32,000 nucleotides of DNA from Mucisphaera calidilacus (GCF_007748075.1 NZ_CP036280.1:1110001-1142000), one strand, 5' to 3'; positions 1 to 9,978 are shown, counted from the first letter of the stretch. Made by a program: numbers and translations. Notes: a model not told the origin generated them from the sequence alone.

Positions 1-3
1 CGC

Positions 4-330
4 GTGCCGGGCAACCGGGTGATCCTCTCGCCGGACGAGCGGTTGCTGCTGCTCAAACTGGGGTCGGCCGTAGGGCATGACGTCCATGATCTCGTCGGGA
101 TCGTGAGTGTCAAGACCTACAAACGCTGGCTTCGCCAGCAGCAGGGGGGTAGAGCCCCCGGACAGGTTGGCCGGCCGCCCAAGGTCACCGCTTCGCTTCG
201 TCCGCACCAGTCGCTTGAGAACACGCCGCCCGAGGATGTCGGCAAGCCGCCACCGACCTCGACGGGCTGGATCCGTCGAGAGCGTACCCTCGGCGGGCTT
301 CTGAATCATGACTACCGAAAAGCAGCATGA
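4..330 (+). pseudogene. Remnant of an rve-type (IS481/IS3-like) transposase; the catalytic core is missing
   Basis: 108-aa ORF starting at GTG 4; it may continue upstream of the window. The N-terminus (SPDERLLLLKLG...VKTYKRWL) looks like a transposase HTH. The C-terminus RRERTLGGLLNHDYRKAA is the usual tail of integrase-core transposases. No DDE core lies between them. Recognised by eye only. Confidence 0.4.
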
Positions 331-331
331 T

Positions 332-2251
332 TCACGATGAAAGCTGGCCGTGCCCGACAATCTGGACCGGCTGCGCTGTGGACCAGGTCAGGCTGGGAGA
401 CCGCCGGGCACGTGGGGCCAGGGAGCTGAGCAGGCAGATAAGTACGCCGGGGGCGGGCTCGGGGATACGACTGCTGTCGTGGTTGAAATAGGACGCCAGC
501 GTGCTCAGGTCGAGGAGATTGACAACGGTGTTGCCGCTGAAGTCACCGGAGGCCCAGCCGCCGCGTGTTTCGAAGGACTGCGCGAGCAGTGAGAGGTCGA
601 GCAGGTCGACACGCCCATCGAGGTTAGCGTCGCCGTATTCCGTGTTGAGGATGTCACGGATCAGCATGTCGACGTCGGCGTGATTGACGATGCCGTCATG
701 ACTGAGGTCGTACAGGGACGTTTCGGTGCCGAGATTCTCGAAGAGCAGGTCGATGTCGTCGGCATCCACCGTTCCGCTGGCGTCGAGGTCACCCGGGATG
801 ACGCGGGTGTTCCAGGTGAGCGTGAGTGCGGAGCGTGCTTCGATGGTGTAGTCGAAGCGTGCGCCGGCGCGTTCGACCTCGAAGTGTTGCTCCTGCCATG
901 TTGGGTTGTAGGCGATGAGTACCTCAGACGCGTCGGGGTTGACGAAGGCGACGGTTTCAACGACACCGTCGAAGGTGGTCGAGTCGATGCGGACTGCGCC
1001 GGGATCGATGAACTGGCTCACCTGGGCGAGCACGTAGTACTCGACTTCGCGTGTGATTTCGCCGCTCTGGCGGTCGATGGTGACGACACCTCGGCAGTTA
1101 CTGCAGCCCCCCAGGTGAGGGCCTCGGTTCTCGTCGAGCGCCAGGTTCCAGTAGAGAATGGTCTGGGACCAGTTGCGGAGTCCGCCGACGATGATGTTCT
1201 CGAAAGCCCAGATCAGGCTGTCGCCGAAGTCGGGCGCGAAATCACCGCCGGTGATCTCGGTGAAGTAGATGCCCTTGTCGGGCTTGAAATCGTGGAGGCG
1301 TGATTGATTCTCCACAGAGCCGGCGTAGCCGTGGAACGCCGTGCCGTCGATGTAGCCGCTGGCCTCGGGGTCGTTGAGGACGGTCAGGGCGTAGTTCCAC
1401 TCGTCCCAGTTATGGTCGTAGGCAAGGATCTTGGTATTGATACCCGATGACTCGAAGAGCGGTCCCAGGTGGTCGCCGATAAAAGTGCTCTGTTGATAGG
1501 TGGGCATCAACATTGATGGATAGGACGGGGTCGTGTGGAGGGGCTCGTTCTGAACCGTGACCGCATCAATCGCCAGGCCGTATCCGCTGTAGCCCTCCAC
1601 GAAACGACGGAAATACGCGGCGTAGGCCTCGTAGGACGACGACTTGAGTGATCCGCCATAGAGCGAATTGTTCGTCTTCATCCATGCGGGCGCACTCCAT
1701 GGCGACCCCATCAATTTGAGGTTTGGATTGATTGACTTGGCTTGCTGGAGTGCCGGTATCCGGTGCTCGAGGTCAGGTTCGAGCGAGAAGTGTGTCTGGG
1801 TCGGGTCTGTCTGGCCGGGCTGCAGGTCGTTGTAAGTGTAATGGGAGGTCGAAAAGTCGCTGGCCCCCATCGGGAGGCGAAGGTAGCTCAGCCCGATCCC
1901 CTCAGAAGTCGAGAAGAGTTCATTCATGAGCGCGTTGCGCTGCTGCTCGGTCAGGTTACTCATCAGCAACTGCGCCGAAGCATCCGTCATGGCTGCGCCA
2001 AACCCCTGGATGGTCTGATAGGTCGTGTCGGGGTCGATCACCACGCGGTAGGGGGCGTTAACGGAAGCCGTTCCCCAGTCGACGGGGGCCTGCTCGCGGA
2101 GCAGCGAGCTTTGGTCACCGGTGGTCAGCCAACCTCGGACCGGTCCGAGGTCGGCACGAGCGGTAACAGCCGCGAGCAGCAGGAAGCACGCTCCGGCCCT
2201 GGCGGGCCAGAGTATGGAGGAGGAGGGGCGAGAGGTCGGAGGACACGTCAT
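332..2251 (-). CDS. Secreted GH30-like glycoside hydrolase with a C-terminal dockerin-like repeat module and PEP-CTERM sorting tail
   Basis: 639 aa. N-terminal signal peptide (ACFLLLAAVTARA). GH30-type motifs IQGFGAAMTDASA, VTVQNEP (acid/base Glu) and YFTEITGG. C-terminal EF-hand-like repeats DASGTVDADDIDLL and DANLDGRVDLLDLSLL. The protein ends IPEPAPGVLICLL...RARRS, which is PEP-CTERM-like. Confidence 0.85.
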   Translation of the reverse strand: MTCPPTSRPSSSILWPARAGACFLLLAAVTARADLGPVRGWLTTGDQSSLLREQAPVDWGTASVNAPYRVVIDPDTTYQTIQGFGAAMTDASAQLLMSNLTEQQRNALMNELFSTSEGIGLSYLRLPMGASDFSTSHYTYNDLQPGQTDPTQTHFSLEPDLEHRIPALQQAKSINPNLKLMGSPWSAPAWMKTNNSLYGGSLKSSSYEAYAAYFRRFVEGYSGYGLAIDAVTVQNEPLHTTPSYPSMLMPTYQQSTFIGDHLGPLFESSGINTKILAYDHNWDEWNYALTVLNDPEASGYIDGTAFHGYAGSVENQSRLHDFKPDKGIYFTEITGGDFAPDFGDSLIWAFENIIVGGLRNWSQTILYWNLALDENRGPHLGGCSNCRGVVTIDRQSGEITREVEYYVLAQVSQFIDPGAVRIDSTTFDGVVETVAFVNPDASEVLIAYNPTWQEQHFEVERAGARFDYTIEARSALTLTWNTRVIPGDLDASGTVDADDIDLLFENLGTETSLYDLSHDGIVNHADVDMLIRDILNTEYGDANLDGRVDLLDLSLLAQSFETRGGWASGDFSGNTVVNLLDLSTLASYFNHDSSRIPEPAPGVLICLLSSLAPRARRSPSLTWSTAQPVQIVGHGQLSS

Positions 2252-2272
2252 CGGGTACGACTCATCCGTTTG

Positions 2273-3700
2273 TTACACGCGCCGTCGCTGAATCATCCAG
2301 CCGAGTGTGATCAGAGCGGCAGCCGCCGGCTCGGGGACACTGGATTGGTTGAAGTTCATGGCGAGTATCGACAAGTCAAGGAGATTGACGATGGTGTCGC
2401 CGTTGTAATCGCCATTGGCCCAGCCGCCGGCCTCGTCGAAACTCGCGGCGAGTGACGAAAGATCGAGCAGGTCCACGGTCTGGTCGAGGTTGCTGTCGCC
2501 GTACAGTGATCCGAGCACCTGCTCGACGAGCGCGTCCACGTCGCTCAGATCGGCCGCTCCGCCGTTACCGCCGATGTCAAAGAGGGGGTCGGTCGAGCCG
2601 AGGTTCGCGTAGAGCAGGTCGATGTCAAGGTCGTCGACGACGCCATCGCGATTGACGTCACCCAGCAGGTCGGGCAAGACCTCCTCGAGGGTGGTGTCAA
2701 AGATGAAGGCGTTCGCGTTCGGTTCCTCGATGTAGAGGAAGTTCACGTTCTCGAAGCTGACGATCGGCCGTACATACGCCGTGCCCTCAACGGCGGTGGC
2801 GGCCATGGTGAAGCTCAAGCCGTCACCGGTCGTGCTCGTGTCGATCGGGACAATCACTTCGCCGAGCTTGTTCGCATCGTCATCGCCATAGAACTCGAGA
2901 CCGAACCTGAGGTCGGCATCCCAGCTGCTCTCGATGCGGACGTCCTCCAGCGTGAATCGGTACTCCTTGCCGGCCTCGCCATCGATCTTCTGCTGCCAGA
3001 CGTAGCCGGAGTTGACGCCGGTATCGGCGAACAGGCTGATGTGTGCGTTATCCTCGCCGAAGAACTCGTTGAATCCGATGTTACCCGCGCTGTTCCAGGC
3101 ATGGCCGAGCGGCGGACCACCGGCTCCGGGATTGCGGAGCAGGTCCTCGCCGGGATTCGGCGTCTCGGAGAGGAAAGTGTCGAAGACAAAGCCGTTTGCC
3201 TGAGACTGGCCGGCGTAGCTGCCATTCACGTTGTTGAACTGGATGATCGGGCGGACGTAGACGGTGCCCGGAACAGCGGTGCCCGTCATAGACAGGAAGT
3301 TGCCATCGACCTGTGCGAAGTCCTCGGCCGTGTAGATTGAGAGGGTTTCGCCGATCTTGGTCGCGTCGTCGGCCTGGTAGTACTCGAGCCCTACGATCAG
3401 GTCGGCATCCCAGTTGCTCTCGATACGTACATCCAGCAGATCGAAGGTGTAGCTGGTCCCTTGCGCCCCTTCGATGCCGAGTTGGTAGACGCCGCCGATG
3501 TTCTCCGCCCGATCGGCGTAGAGGCTGGCATGACCGTTCGCGCCGAAGAAGGCGTTGAAGTCGGCTGCGCCGAAGGCGCCCCAGCCCGTGCCAAAGCCCT
3601 CGGGATCATTGAAGTCAGGGTTGACGAGAAGGTTGGTACGTGCCGACACGGTGGCCGTGAGTCCCAGAGCGAGAGCGGCGGTGAAGAGCAGGCGTTGCAT
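2273..3700 (-). CDS. Secreted protein with two tandem CBM4/9-like domains, a dockerin-like module and a PEP-CTERM tail
   Basis: The ORF track starts at 3733. ATG 3700 (MQRLLFTAALALGLTATVSA signal peptide) is preceded by AGGAGG and is preferred. There is an internal duplication: NLLVNPDFNDP...LLDVRIESNWDADL...VYVRPIIQFNNVN versus DLLRNPGAGG...LEDVRIESSWDADL...AYVRPIVSFENVN. C-terminus is DVNRDGVVDDLDIDLL ... VPEPAAAALITLGWMIQRRRV. Confidence 0.8.
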   Translation of the reverse strand: MQRLLFTAALALGLTATVSARTNLLVNPDFNDPEGFGTGWGAFGAADFNAFFGANGHASLYADRAENIGGVYQLGIEGAQGTSYTFDLLDVRIESNWDADLIVGLEYYQADDATKIGETLSIYTAEDFAQVDGNFLSMTGTAVPGTVYVRPIIQFNNVNGSYAGQSQANGFVFDTFLSETPNPGEDLLRNPGAGGPPLGHAWNSAGNIGFNEFFGEDNAHISLFADTGVNSGYVWQQKIDGEAGKEYRFTLEDVRIESSWDADLRFGLEFYGDDDANKLGEVIVPIDTSTTGDGLSFTMAATAVEGTAYVRPIVSFENVNFLYIEEPNANAFIFDTTLEEVLPDLLGDVNRDGVVDDLDIDLLYANLGSTDPLFDIGGNGGAADLSDVDALVEQVLGSLYGDSNLDQTVDLLDLSSLAASFDEAGGWANGDYNGDTIVNLLDLSILAMNFNQSSVPEPAAAALITLGWMIQRRRV

Positions 3701-3776
3701 ATCGGATTCCTCCTGAGGTGAAGACGTGAGCAAGGACCTCGGCGTGCGTCAGCACACCGAGATCATGGTTGATACA

Positions 3777-4367
3777 TCAGGCCCTGCGGCGGGCGAGGAG
3801 GCTCAGGCCGGCGAGTCCCAGCCCGAGCGTCGAGGGAGCGGGGACGACCGTCAGGGAGGCCTCGAAGACGAAGGCGTTCTCCTGGCCACCCGCGGTGCTG
3901 CGGACGTTATCGAACTGGATGATCGGTCGGATGAAGACCGTGCCGGCAGGCGCGGTGGCGGTCATGTCGAAACTCAGACCGTCGCCGGTGACGGAGAGGT
4001 CGACGGGGACGATAATGTCACTGATCCTGGTGGCATCGTCACCCTCGAAGAATTCAAGTCCGAAGCGCAGGTCCGTATCGATGTTCTCCTCGAGACGGAC
4101 ATCGAGCAGTTCGAAGCTGTAGGTAACGCCCGCGTCGCCGGTGATACCCGTCTGGAAGACACCGCCGAAGTTACCGGGGTTGTCGGAGAAGAGACTCGCG
4201 TGGGCGTTGCCACCGAAGAAATCATGAAAGCCCGCCGCCCCGAACGATCCCCACTCCGCACCGATGCTCGGGTCGCCGAAGCCGGGGTTACGGAGCAGTT
4301 CGTCCGCCGAGACCGAGCCGGCGAAACCCATCGAAGCCATCGAGACGATCAACAGTGCATGTTTCAT
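3777..4367 (-). CDS. Secreted single-domain CBM4/9-like PEP-CTERM protein, a paralog of the 2273-3700 domains
   Basis: 196 aa. AAGGAGG lies upstream of the ATG. Signal peptide MKHALLIVSMASMGFAGSVSA. Shares ELLRNPGFGDP...LLDVRLEENIDTDLRFGLEFF...VFIRPIIQFDNV with the neighbouring gene. Ends VPAPSTLGLGLAGLSLLARRRA. Confidence 0.8.
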   Translation of the reverse strand: MKHALLIVSMASMGFAGSVSADELLRNPGFGDPSIGAEWGSFGAAGFHDFFGGNAHASLFSDNPGNFGGVFQTGITGDAGVTYSFELLDVRLEENIDTDLRFGLEFFEGDDATRISDIIVPVDLSVTGDGLSFDMTATAPAGTVFIRPIIQFDNVRSTAGGQENAFVFEASLTVVPAPSTLGLGLAGLSLLARRRA

Positions 4368-4462
4368 TTCCTATCCTCCTTGTGAAACGTGAATCTGAGA
4401 ATCTGACAGGTCAACATAACCTGAACACAGAAACAATTATATGGTCAAGACAATCGGAGTGA

Positions 4463-5236
4463 TCAATCTTCCCATGTCGAGTTCGGCAGCCACGGCCAGT
4501 TTTCATTCACAAACTGGTTGTATGGCCATGTGTTGTAGCTGGTCCGTGTGCTCTTGGCGAAATACGTTTCCGAGGTGACGCCGCTGGCGTGACCATCCAT
4601 GTAGCCGACGTTCAGACCGGTTCCCGTCTTCTCGTGCGGCAAGGATTCTCCGTTGATCTCCCAATCGGGGAAGACGACATCGAACTGGATCACGGCCTCG
4701 GTCGCGGACATGGGTGTGTCGAGGTTGGAAACGACCAGCTGGCGCTTCTGAAACGTTGGCCAGAAGTAGGCGGCGTAGATGTTGTAGCGGTAATGCGTGG
4801 GCCGGGGCTCATTCTCACGGAGCCAGTCCGGTCCCTGACCTCCGGCGGTGCCTGGGCAGATGAACGCGTCGGAGAACTCGCCATTACCTTCCTCGCCGCC
4901 AATGTAGGGAATGAGGAGATTCTGTTGATAGATGTATTCGCCGGTGTTCGGGTCGACCGCTCCCTGGATACCACCGATGTTCCACGCACGATCGTGCCAG
5001 TCGTAGTTCCCGGCCAGGGGCAGCGTGCCGCCATAGTCATTGGCGTAGGTCACGATGGCGATCAACTGCTGGCGGAGGTTGGAGGCACACTGGACGTTGC
5101 GTGCGACCTCGCGTGCCGCGCCAAGCGCGGGCAGGAGGATGCCGATGAGCAGGGCGATGATGCTGATGACCACGAGCAGTTCGATCAGCGTGAATCCGGT
5201 GGCCGGGTGCTGAGTGCCAGTCTTGATGCGGAGCAT
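4463..5236 (-). CDS. Prepilin-type N-terminal cleavage/methylation domain protein (type II pseudopilin-like, of the kind common in Planctomycetota and Verrucomicrobiota)
   Basis: 257 aa. Classic leader and mature N-terminus [39 protein letters not shown]-terminal YMDGHASGV motif is typical of this paralog family. Confidence 0.8.
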   Translation of the reverse strand: MLRIKTGTQHPATGFTLIELLVVISIIALLIGILLPALGAAREVARNVQCASNLRQQLIAIVTYANDYGGTLPLAGNYDWHDRAWNIGGIQGAVDPNTGEYIYQQNLLIPYIGGEEGNGEFSDAFICPGTAGGQGPDWLRENEPRPTHYRYNIYAAYFWPTFQKRQLVVSNLDTPMSATEAVIQFDVVFPDWEINGESLPHEKTGTGLNVGYMDGHASGVTSETYFAKSTRTSYNTWPYNQFVNENWPWLPNSTWED

Positions 5237-5266
5237 GAGAGACTCCCGATCTGCAAGAGAGGGCGG

Positions 5267-6331
5267 CTATTGAGAGACACTGATACGGACGCCGGTCGGC
5301 GAAACACGGACAGGGGTTGCGGGTGGCGCTCCGGTCGTCTTGTTGATTTCGAGGATGGCTTCGATCTGGAGGGCGATACGCTCGGTGTTCTCACCGGGCG
5401 AGGCTGTGTCCGAGAGCGATCGGCAGAGCCATCGAGCGGCCTGGTAGCCGAGTTCGTTCGCGTTCTGGCAGACGGCGGTATAGACAGGGTGGGTCATCTT
5501 CCGCAAGTCTTCGTCATCAACCCCAACGATGGAGAGGTCCTCGGGCACCCGGACGTCGAGTTCCATCGCCCGGCGGAGGGCCCCCACGGTCGCCGGTGGG
5601 TCGGTGAAGAAGATCGCGGTCGGCGGATCAGGCAGGGAGAGGAATCGGCAGAGTGCCGCACCGCCGCCCTCCACGTCGGCGCGAATGGCAAAACGCAGCG
5701 CGGGATCGGTCTCGAGTCCCGCATCTGCCATGGCCCGGTCATAGGCGGCGATCCGGTCGCGGTGATCGGTGTCCGAGAGGACGTTATGGCAGATCGCGAT
5801 CCGACGATGGCCCATGTGCAACAGGTGCTCGATGGCCTGGAGCGTCGGCGTGAAGGAGTTGCAGCATACGAAATTCACATCCTCCCGCTCGAAACGATCT
5901 GCGATTACGACGCTGGGAATCCCCGCGGCCGCGATCTCCTCAACGAGTTGTCGGGTTTGGTGGTCGTCGCGGATAAGCAGGCCGTCGAGGTGGAGACGGC
6001 TGAGCATGCCGGTGTGTGACTCGCCCTCGCGCCGCTGCCGCATGTCGAAGGTTGTGACCGCGTAGCCTGAGGCCGAGGCTCCACGAGCCACTCCTGACCA
6101 GATCGTGGCATCATATCCGCTGAACATTGGACCGGATGTTTCATTAACAAACATCATGCCGATCGTGCCATTACGCTGGCGGCGCCGTGTGGCCACGTAG
6201 CCCATCCGCCGGGCTTCCGTAATCACCTTTTTTTTTAGTTTAGCACTGACATCAGGCGCGTTATTGAGGGATCGCGACACAGTGGCCGCTGAGACGCCGA
6301 GGTTCGAAGCTATGTCACGCACCGTCGCCAT
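5267..6331 (-). CDS. LacI-family transcriptional regulator
   Basis: 354 aa. N-terminal HTH MATVRDIASNLGVSAATVSRSLNN, followed by a periplasmic-binding-protein-like sugar-binding core. Confidence 0.85.
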   Translation of the reverse strand: MATVRDIASNLGVSAATVSRSLNNAPDVSAKLKKKVITEARRMGYVATRRRQRNGTIGMMFVNETSGPMFSGYDATIWSGVARGASASGYAVTTFDMRQRREGESHTGMLSRLHLDGLLIRDDHQTRQLVEEIAAAGIPSVVIADRFEREDVNFVCCNSFTPTLQAIEHLLHMGHRRIAICHNVLSDTDHRDRIAAYDRAMADAGLETDPALRFAIRADVEGGGAALCRFLSLPDPPTAIFFTDPPATVGALRRAMELDVRVPEDLSIVGVDDEDLRKMTHPVYTAVCQNANELGYQAARWLCRSLSDTASPGENTERIALQIEAILEINKTTGAPPATPVRVSPTGVRISVSQ

Positions 6332-6478
6332 GTTGAGATAGATCCTTGACGAGCCAGGAGATGTTCCGTAAAATTCCGCAACACAAGCGAATCTCTATGA
6401 AACATTAACGCATCGATGCAGCGTGTCAAGCCTCGACCCTCGAAACTGACGAAAAAGTCGACGATGCCCATTGGCCCT

Positions 6479-7855
6479 CTAAGACAGCCCGGTCACCAGC
6501 GTCTGTATACCGCGAGCGGGAGCGGTGATCTCATAGGACCGCCCCATCCACTCGAGGGTGTAGTCGAGGTCGTACTCGCCATGGTTCATCACCACAACCG
6601 CAAGGGAGCCATCGGGGTTTTCGCAGGCCGTAGCGAGCAGATCGGCATGACTGACGTCACAGCCGATGCGTACGGCGCCCGGCTCGATGAAGCGGGAGAA
6701 GTGCCCGAGATAGGCATAGGAGCTCTGGTAAAGCATCTGACCTGTGTTACGGTCGTACAAGATCGGGGCAGAGCAGAGATTCCCCACGTGATTGGGACCG
6801 CCGGTCTCATCGAGGAGGATGTTCCAGTCCAGCCAGCCCTCGCACCAGCGGTTCAGGTCGTTGATGATCGATCGGCCATAGCGCTCGCCGAGTTCCCAGG
6901 CACCCGTGTGAGGCCCCCCCTCCTGGCAACCCTCGGTGAAGATCAGATGCTTCTCGGGGTAGGCGTCGTGCAGACGCTGGACGTTCTCGAAGAAGTCGCC
7001 GCAGTACCAGTGGAATCCGGCGCCCCAGATGTACTGACTCGCCTCGGCGTCCTGATAGGCGATTGTGGCGCGATCGAGAAGCAGGTCGCGGTTGTGGTCC
7101 CAGATCACGATCCTCACGTCGCCCAGGCCGGCGCGTTCGAGGGTTGGCCCGAGGTAATCCCGGACGAAATCTCGCTCCTCTTCGGCAGAATAGCGACAGG
7201 ATTCCCACGTCTGCGTGGCGTCCGGTTCGTTCTGCACGGTTACCCCCCAGATCGGGATTCCCTCCTCGCCCATCGACTCGATGTAACGCACGAAATAGTC
7301 AGCCCAGGTCTGACGATGCTCAGGCAGCAGCTTGCCGCCCCGGAGCATGTCTCCGTTCGACTTCATCCAGGCCGGAGGGCTCCATGGGGACGCGAGGATC
7401 GAAACCGGGCGGTCGGCTACGGCCATCGCGTCCTTGATCAGGGGCAGGACCGTGTTGCGGTCGGCGTCCAGGCTGAAGGATTTCAGCGAGACGTCGCCCT
7501 CGTCGACGTAGGTGTATCGCCCGCGGGAGAAGTCGCAGGCATGAATATGCGTCCTCCAGAATGCGTACCCGTGCCCGCCTTCGGTCGAGAAATAGCCGCG
7601 CAGAAAAGTCTCACGCATCCCCTCGTTCATCATTTGGTAATTGACCGCCGACGACTCTGTCAACGCCCCGCCGAAGCCGATGATCGTCTGGTACCGCTTC
7701 GAGGCATCGAGCGTGATTCGGATGAGGCCCTGCACAGCACCTGTTTCGGGCGCTACGCTGCCGGCAGGCCGCAGCGATTCGCCTGTAGCTCTGCTGGTCT
7801 CGTAGATATTCACGGAAGTGACATCAGCAGCGGTGTCTGTTTTCATGGCAGACAT
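6479..7855 (-). CDS. Cytoplasmic GH30-like glycoside hydrolase (glucosylceramidase / beta-1,6-glucanase-like)
   Basis: Motifs IIGFGGALTESSA, VTVQNEP and IFTEGCQ. No signal peptide. The start is uncertain: the track gives GTG 7924, and ATG 7855 or 7846 give a typical-length N-terminus. Confidence 0.8.
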   Translation of the reverse strand: MSAMKTDTAADVTSVNIYETSRATGESLRPAGSVAPETGAVQGLIRITLDASKRYQTIIGFGGALTESSAVNYQMMNEGMRETFLRGYFSTEGGHGYAFWRTHIHACDFSRGRYTYVDEGDVSLKSFSLDADRNTVLPLIKDAMAVADRPVSILASPWSPPAWMKSNGDMLRGGKLLPEHRQTWADYFVRYIESMGEEGIPIWGVTVQNEPDATQTWESCRYSAEEERDFVRDYLGPTLERAGLGDVRIVIWDHNRDLLLDRATIAYQDAEASQYIWGAGFHWYCGDFFENVQRLHDAYPEKHLIFTEGCQEGGPHTGAWELGERYGRSIINDLNRWCEGWLDWNILLDETGGPNHVGNLCSAPILYDRNTGQMLYQSSYAYLGHFSRFIEPGAVRIGCDVSHADLLATACENPDGSLAVVVMNHGEYDLDYTLEWMGRSYEITAPARGIQTLVTGLS

Positions 7856-7962
7856 CGTAGTGACTTCTTCCGAGACGACGTGGATCATGAACGGGCCAAA
7901 GAGAGAAAACCACACCGAGTTCACCGCGAAATCACGACCTAACCCTCCAGGAGGCTGGCGTC

Positions 7963-9843
7963 ATGCAGAAGCAACCCCTGCCGCGCACACGCACGACATT
8001 CACACTGGCCCTCATCCTGCTCTCGGCATGCGCGACGGCTGTTGCCGGATCGAGCACGCACCCCTGGATCAAGGCCGAGGGAGCGCGATTCGTCAACGAC
8101 TTGGGCGAACAGGTCACCCTCAAAGGCTGCAACGTCGGCAACTGGTTGCTGCTCGAGATGTGGATGCTGGCGATCGACCACGGCCAGTTTCGAGATCAGT
8201 ACGATTTCGAGGAGAACCTGTCTCGTCGCTTTGGACGCCCGGAGCGAGAGCGCCTGATGGATCTCTATCGCGAGAACTGGATCAAGCCTCGTGACTTTGC
8301 CATCATCAAGAGTTTCGGCTTCAACACGGTCCGGCTACCGTTTAACTACCGACTCCTGCAAGACGACGAGCGTCCTTTCGCTTTGCGCAAGGACGCGTTC
8401 GAGTGGCTCGATCGCGGGATCGAGATGGCAGAGGCCGAAGGCCTCTACGTGATTCTGGACATGCATGGTGTGCCGGGTGGACAGAGCGTCGATCACCCTA
8501 CTGGGCGAGTCGAGCAGAACAAGCTCTGGGAGAATCCTGTTTACGCTGACAGGACGGCATGGCTCTGGCGTCAGATTGCCGACCGCTATCGGGACCGCGC
8601 TTCGGTCGCCGGTTACGACGTCATCAACGAGCCGTACGCGGACTTCAACACCGACATACGTCCGCAGCTGAAGGCTGTTTTTGGCAAGATCTATGATGCG
8701 ATCCGCGAGGTGGATGAGCGGCATATTGTTTTTGCGCCCGCGCCTCTCTGGGGCGGACATGCTTTCTACGGATCGCCCGAAGAGAACGGCTGGACTCAGG
8801 TGGCGTTCACCGAGCATCACTACCCCGGCCTTTTTGGCGACTCGCCTACGAAGCAGTCACACGGCCGCTTTGTCTATCGCGAACTTCCCGAGAAGCACGC
8901 GTTCATTGAACGTGTCCGGGTGCCCATGTTCATCGGCGAGTGGAATCCGGTATTTGAGAGTCTCGGCGGCGGCGACCTGATGCGTCGGTATTTCGATATT
9001 TATGAGAGCTACGGATGGGCAGCTGCCATGTGGTCTTACAAAATACTGCACAGGGAGGGCGGCGTAGTCAGAGACAACTGGTATATGGTCAGCAACGCCA
9101 AGACGCTGCACCAGCTTGACTTCAAGACCGCACCGATCGAAGAGATCGAAGACTATTTCAGATGGTTCGGGTCGATGGAATACGTGATCGACGAGCCCAT
9201 GCGGACCGCGCTGGTGCGCGAGAACCCCATCTACGTTGACCTGCCGATGCCCGCTCCGCCGATGGCCGAGCCGCCTCACCGCGATGCACTCGAGGTCTGG
9301 CAGGCCGCGGACGTTGGTGAAGCTATCGAAGGGGGTCAGCGTCGTGATGGTGATGATGCGCTCACGATCTACGGCGGCGGCCACGACATCTGGACCGACA
9401 ATGACGCCTTTCGATTCGTCTGCCGGGAAATCGAGGGCGATTTTGTCATGACCACGCGCATCGATCACCTTGGCGCTACCAGCGTCTACGCCAAGGCAGG
9501 CATCATGGCTCGTGCCAGCCTTGACAACAACTCCGCCCATGTCCTGATCCACGCGTTCCCCGACGGTCAGTTGGCACGCGGTCTGCGTCACGAGCAGGGC
9601 GCGATGATGTCGCAAGCAGACGTGCCCAACGATCAGCTGCCGGTCTACGTGCGGCTGTCACGACGGGGTCATACCTTCGTGGGTGAATTCAGCCTTGACG
9701 GCATGAACTGGCGCCCTGCCGGGACACCTGTCGAGGTGCCCGCGATCGGGAAGACCTGCCTGCTTGGCCTGGCAGTCCTGAGTCACAACGCGGGGGCTCT
9801 TACCGAGGCCCGATTCACATCGATCACTATCGAGTCGTGGTAG
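7963..9843 (+). CDS. GH5-like glycoside hydrolase, probable lipoprotein, with a C-terminal ConA/DUF1349-like jelly-roll domain
   Basis: 626 aa. CAGGAGG RBS. Signal peptide with lipobox-like LLSAC. GH5 motifs GCNVGNWLLLEMW, GFNTVRLPF, YDVINEP (acid/base) and FIGEWN (nucleophile). C-terminus is GGGHDIWTDNDAFRFV...GDF...YAKAGIMARASL...LSRRGHTFVGEFSLDGMNW. Confidence 0.8.
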   Translation: MQKQPLPRTRTTFTLALILLSACATAVAGSSTHPWIKAEGARFVNDLGEQVTLKGCNVGNWLLLEMWMLAIDHGQFRDQYDFEENLSRRFGRPERERLMDLYRENWIKPRDFAIIKSFGFNTVRLPFNYRLLQDDERPFALRKDAFEWLDRGIEMAEAEGLYVILDMHGVPGGQSVDHPTGRVEQNKLWENPVYADRTAWLWRQIADRYRDRASVAGYDVINEPYADFNTDIRPQLKAVFGKIYDAIREVDERHIVFAPAPLWGGHAFYGSPEENGWTQVAFTEHHYPGLFGDSPTKQSHGRFVYRELPEKHAFIERVRVPMFIGEWNPVFESLGGGDLMRRYFDIYESYGWAAAMWSYKILHREGGVVRDNWYMVSNAKTLHQLDFKTAPIEEIEDYFRWFGSMEYVIDEPMRTALVRENPIYVDLPMPAPPMAEPPHRDALEVWQAADVGEAIEGGQRRDGDDALTIYGGGHDIWTDNDAFRFVCREIEGDFVMTTRIDHLGATSVYAKAGIMARASLDNNSAHVLIHAFPDGQLARGLRHEQGAMMSQADVPNDQLPVYVRLSRRGHTFVGEFSLDGMNWRPAGTPVEVPAIGKTCLLGLAVLSHNAGALTEARFTSITIESW

Positions 9844-9978
9844 GCGAGCTGGCGGGAACGATCATCGAGCTGTCGCGCCGTGTTGTGCCACCGTGCAACT
9901 AGATGATGCATGGATAATCTGCCTCTAGCTATCACGACTACTCGCAAGCCATCAGACGAGGCCGGCTCTTCGAGATGC

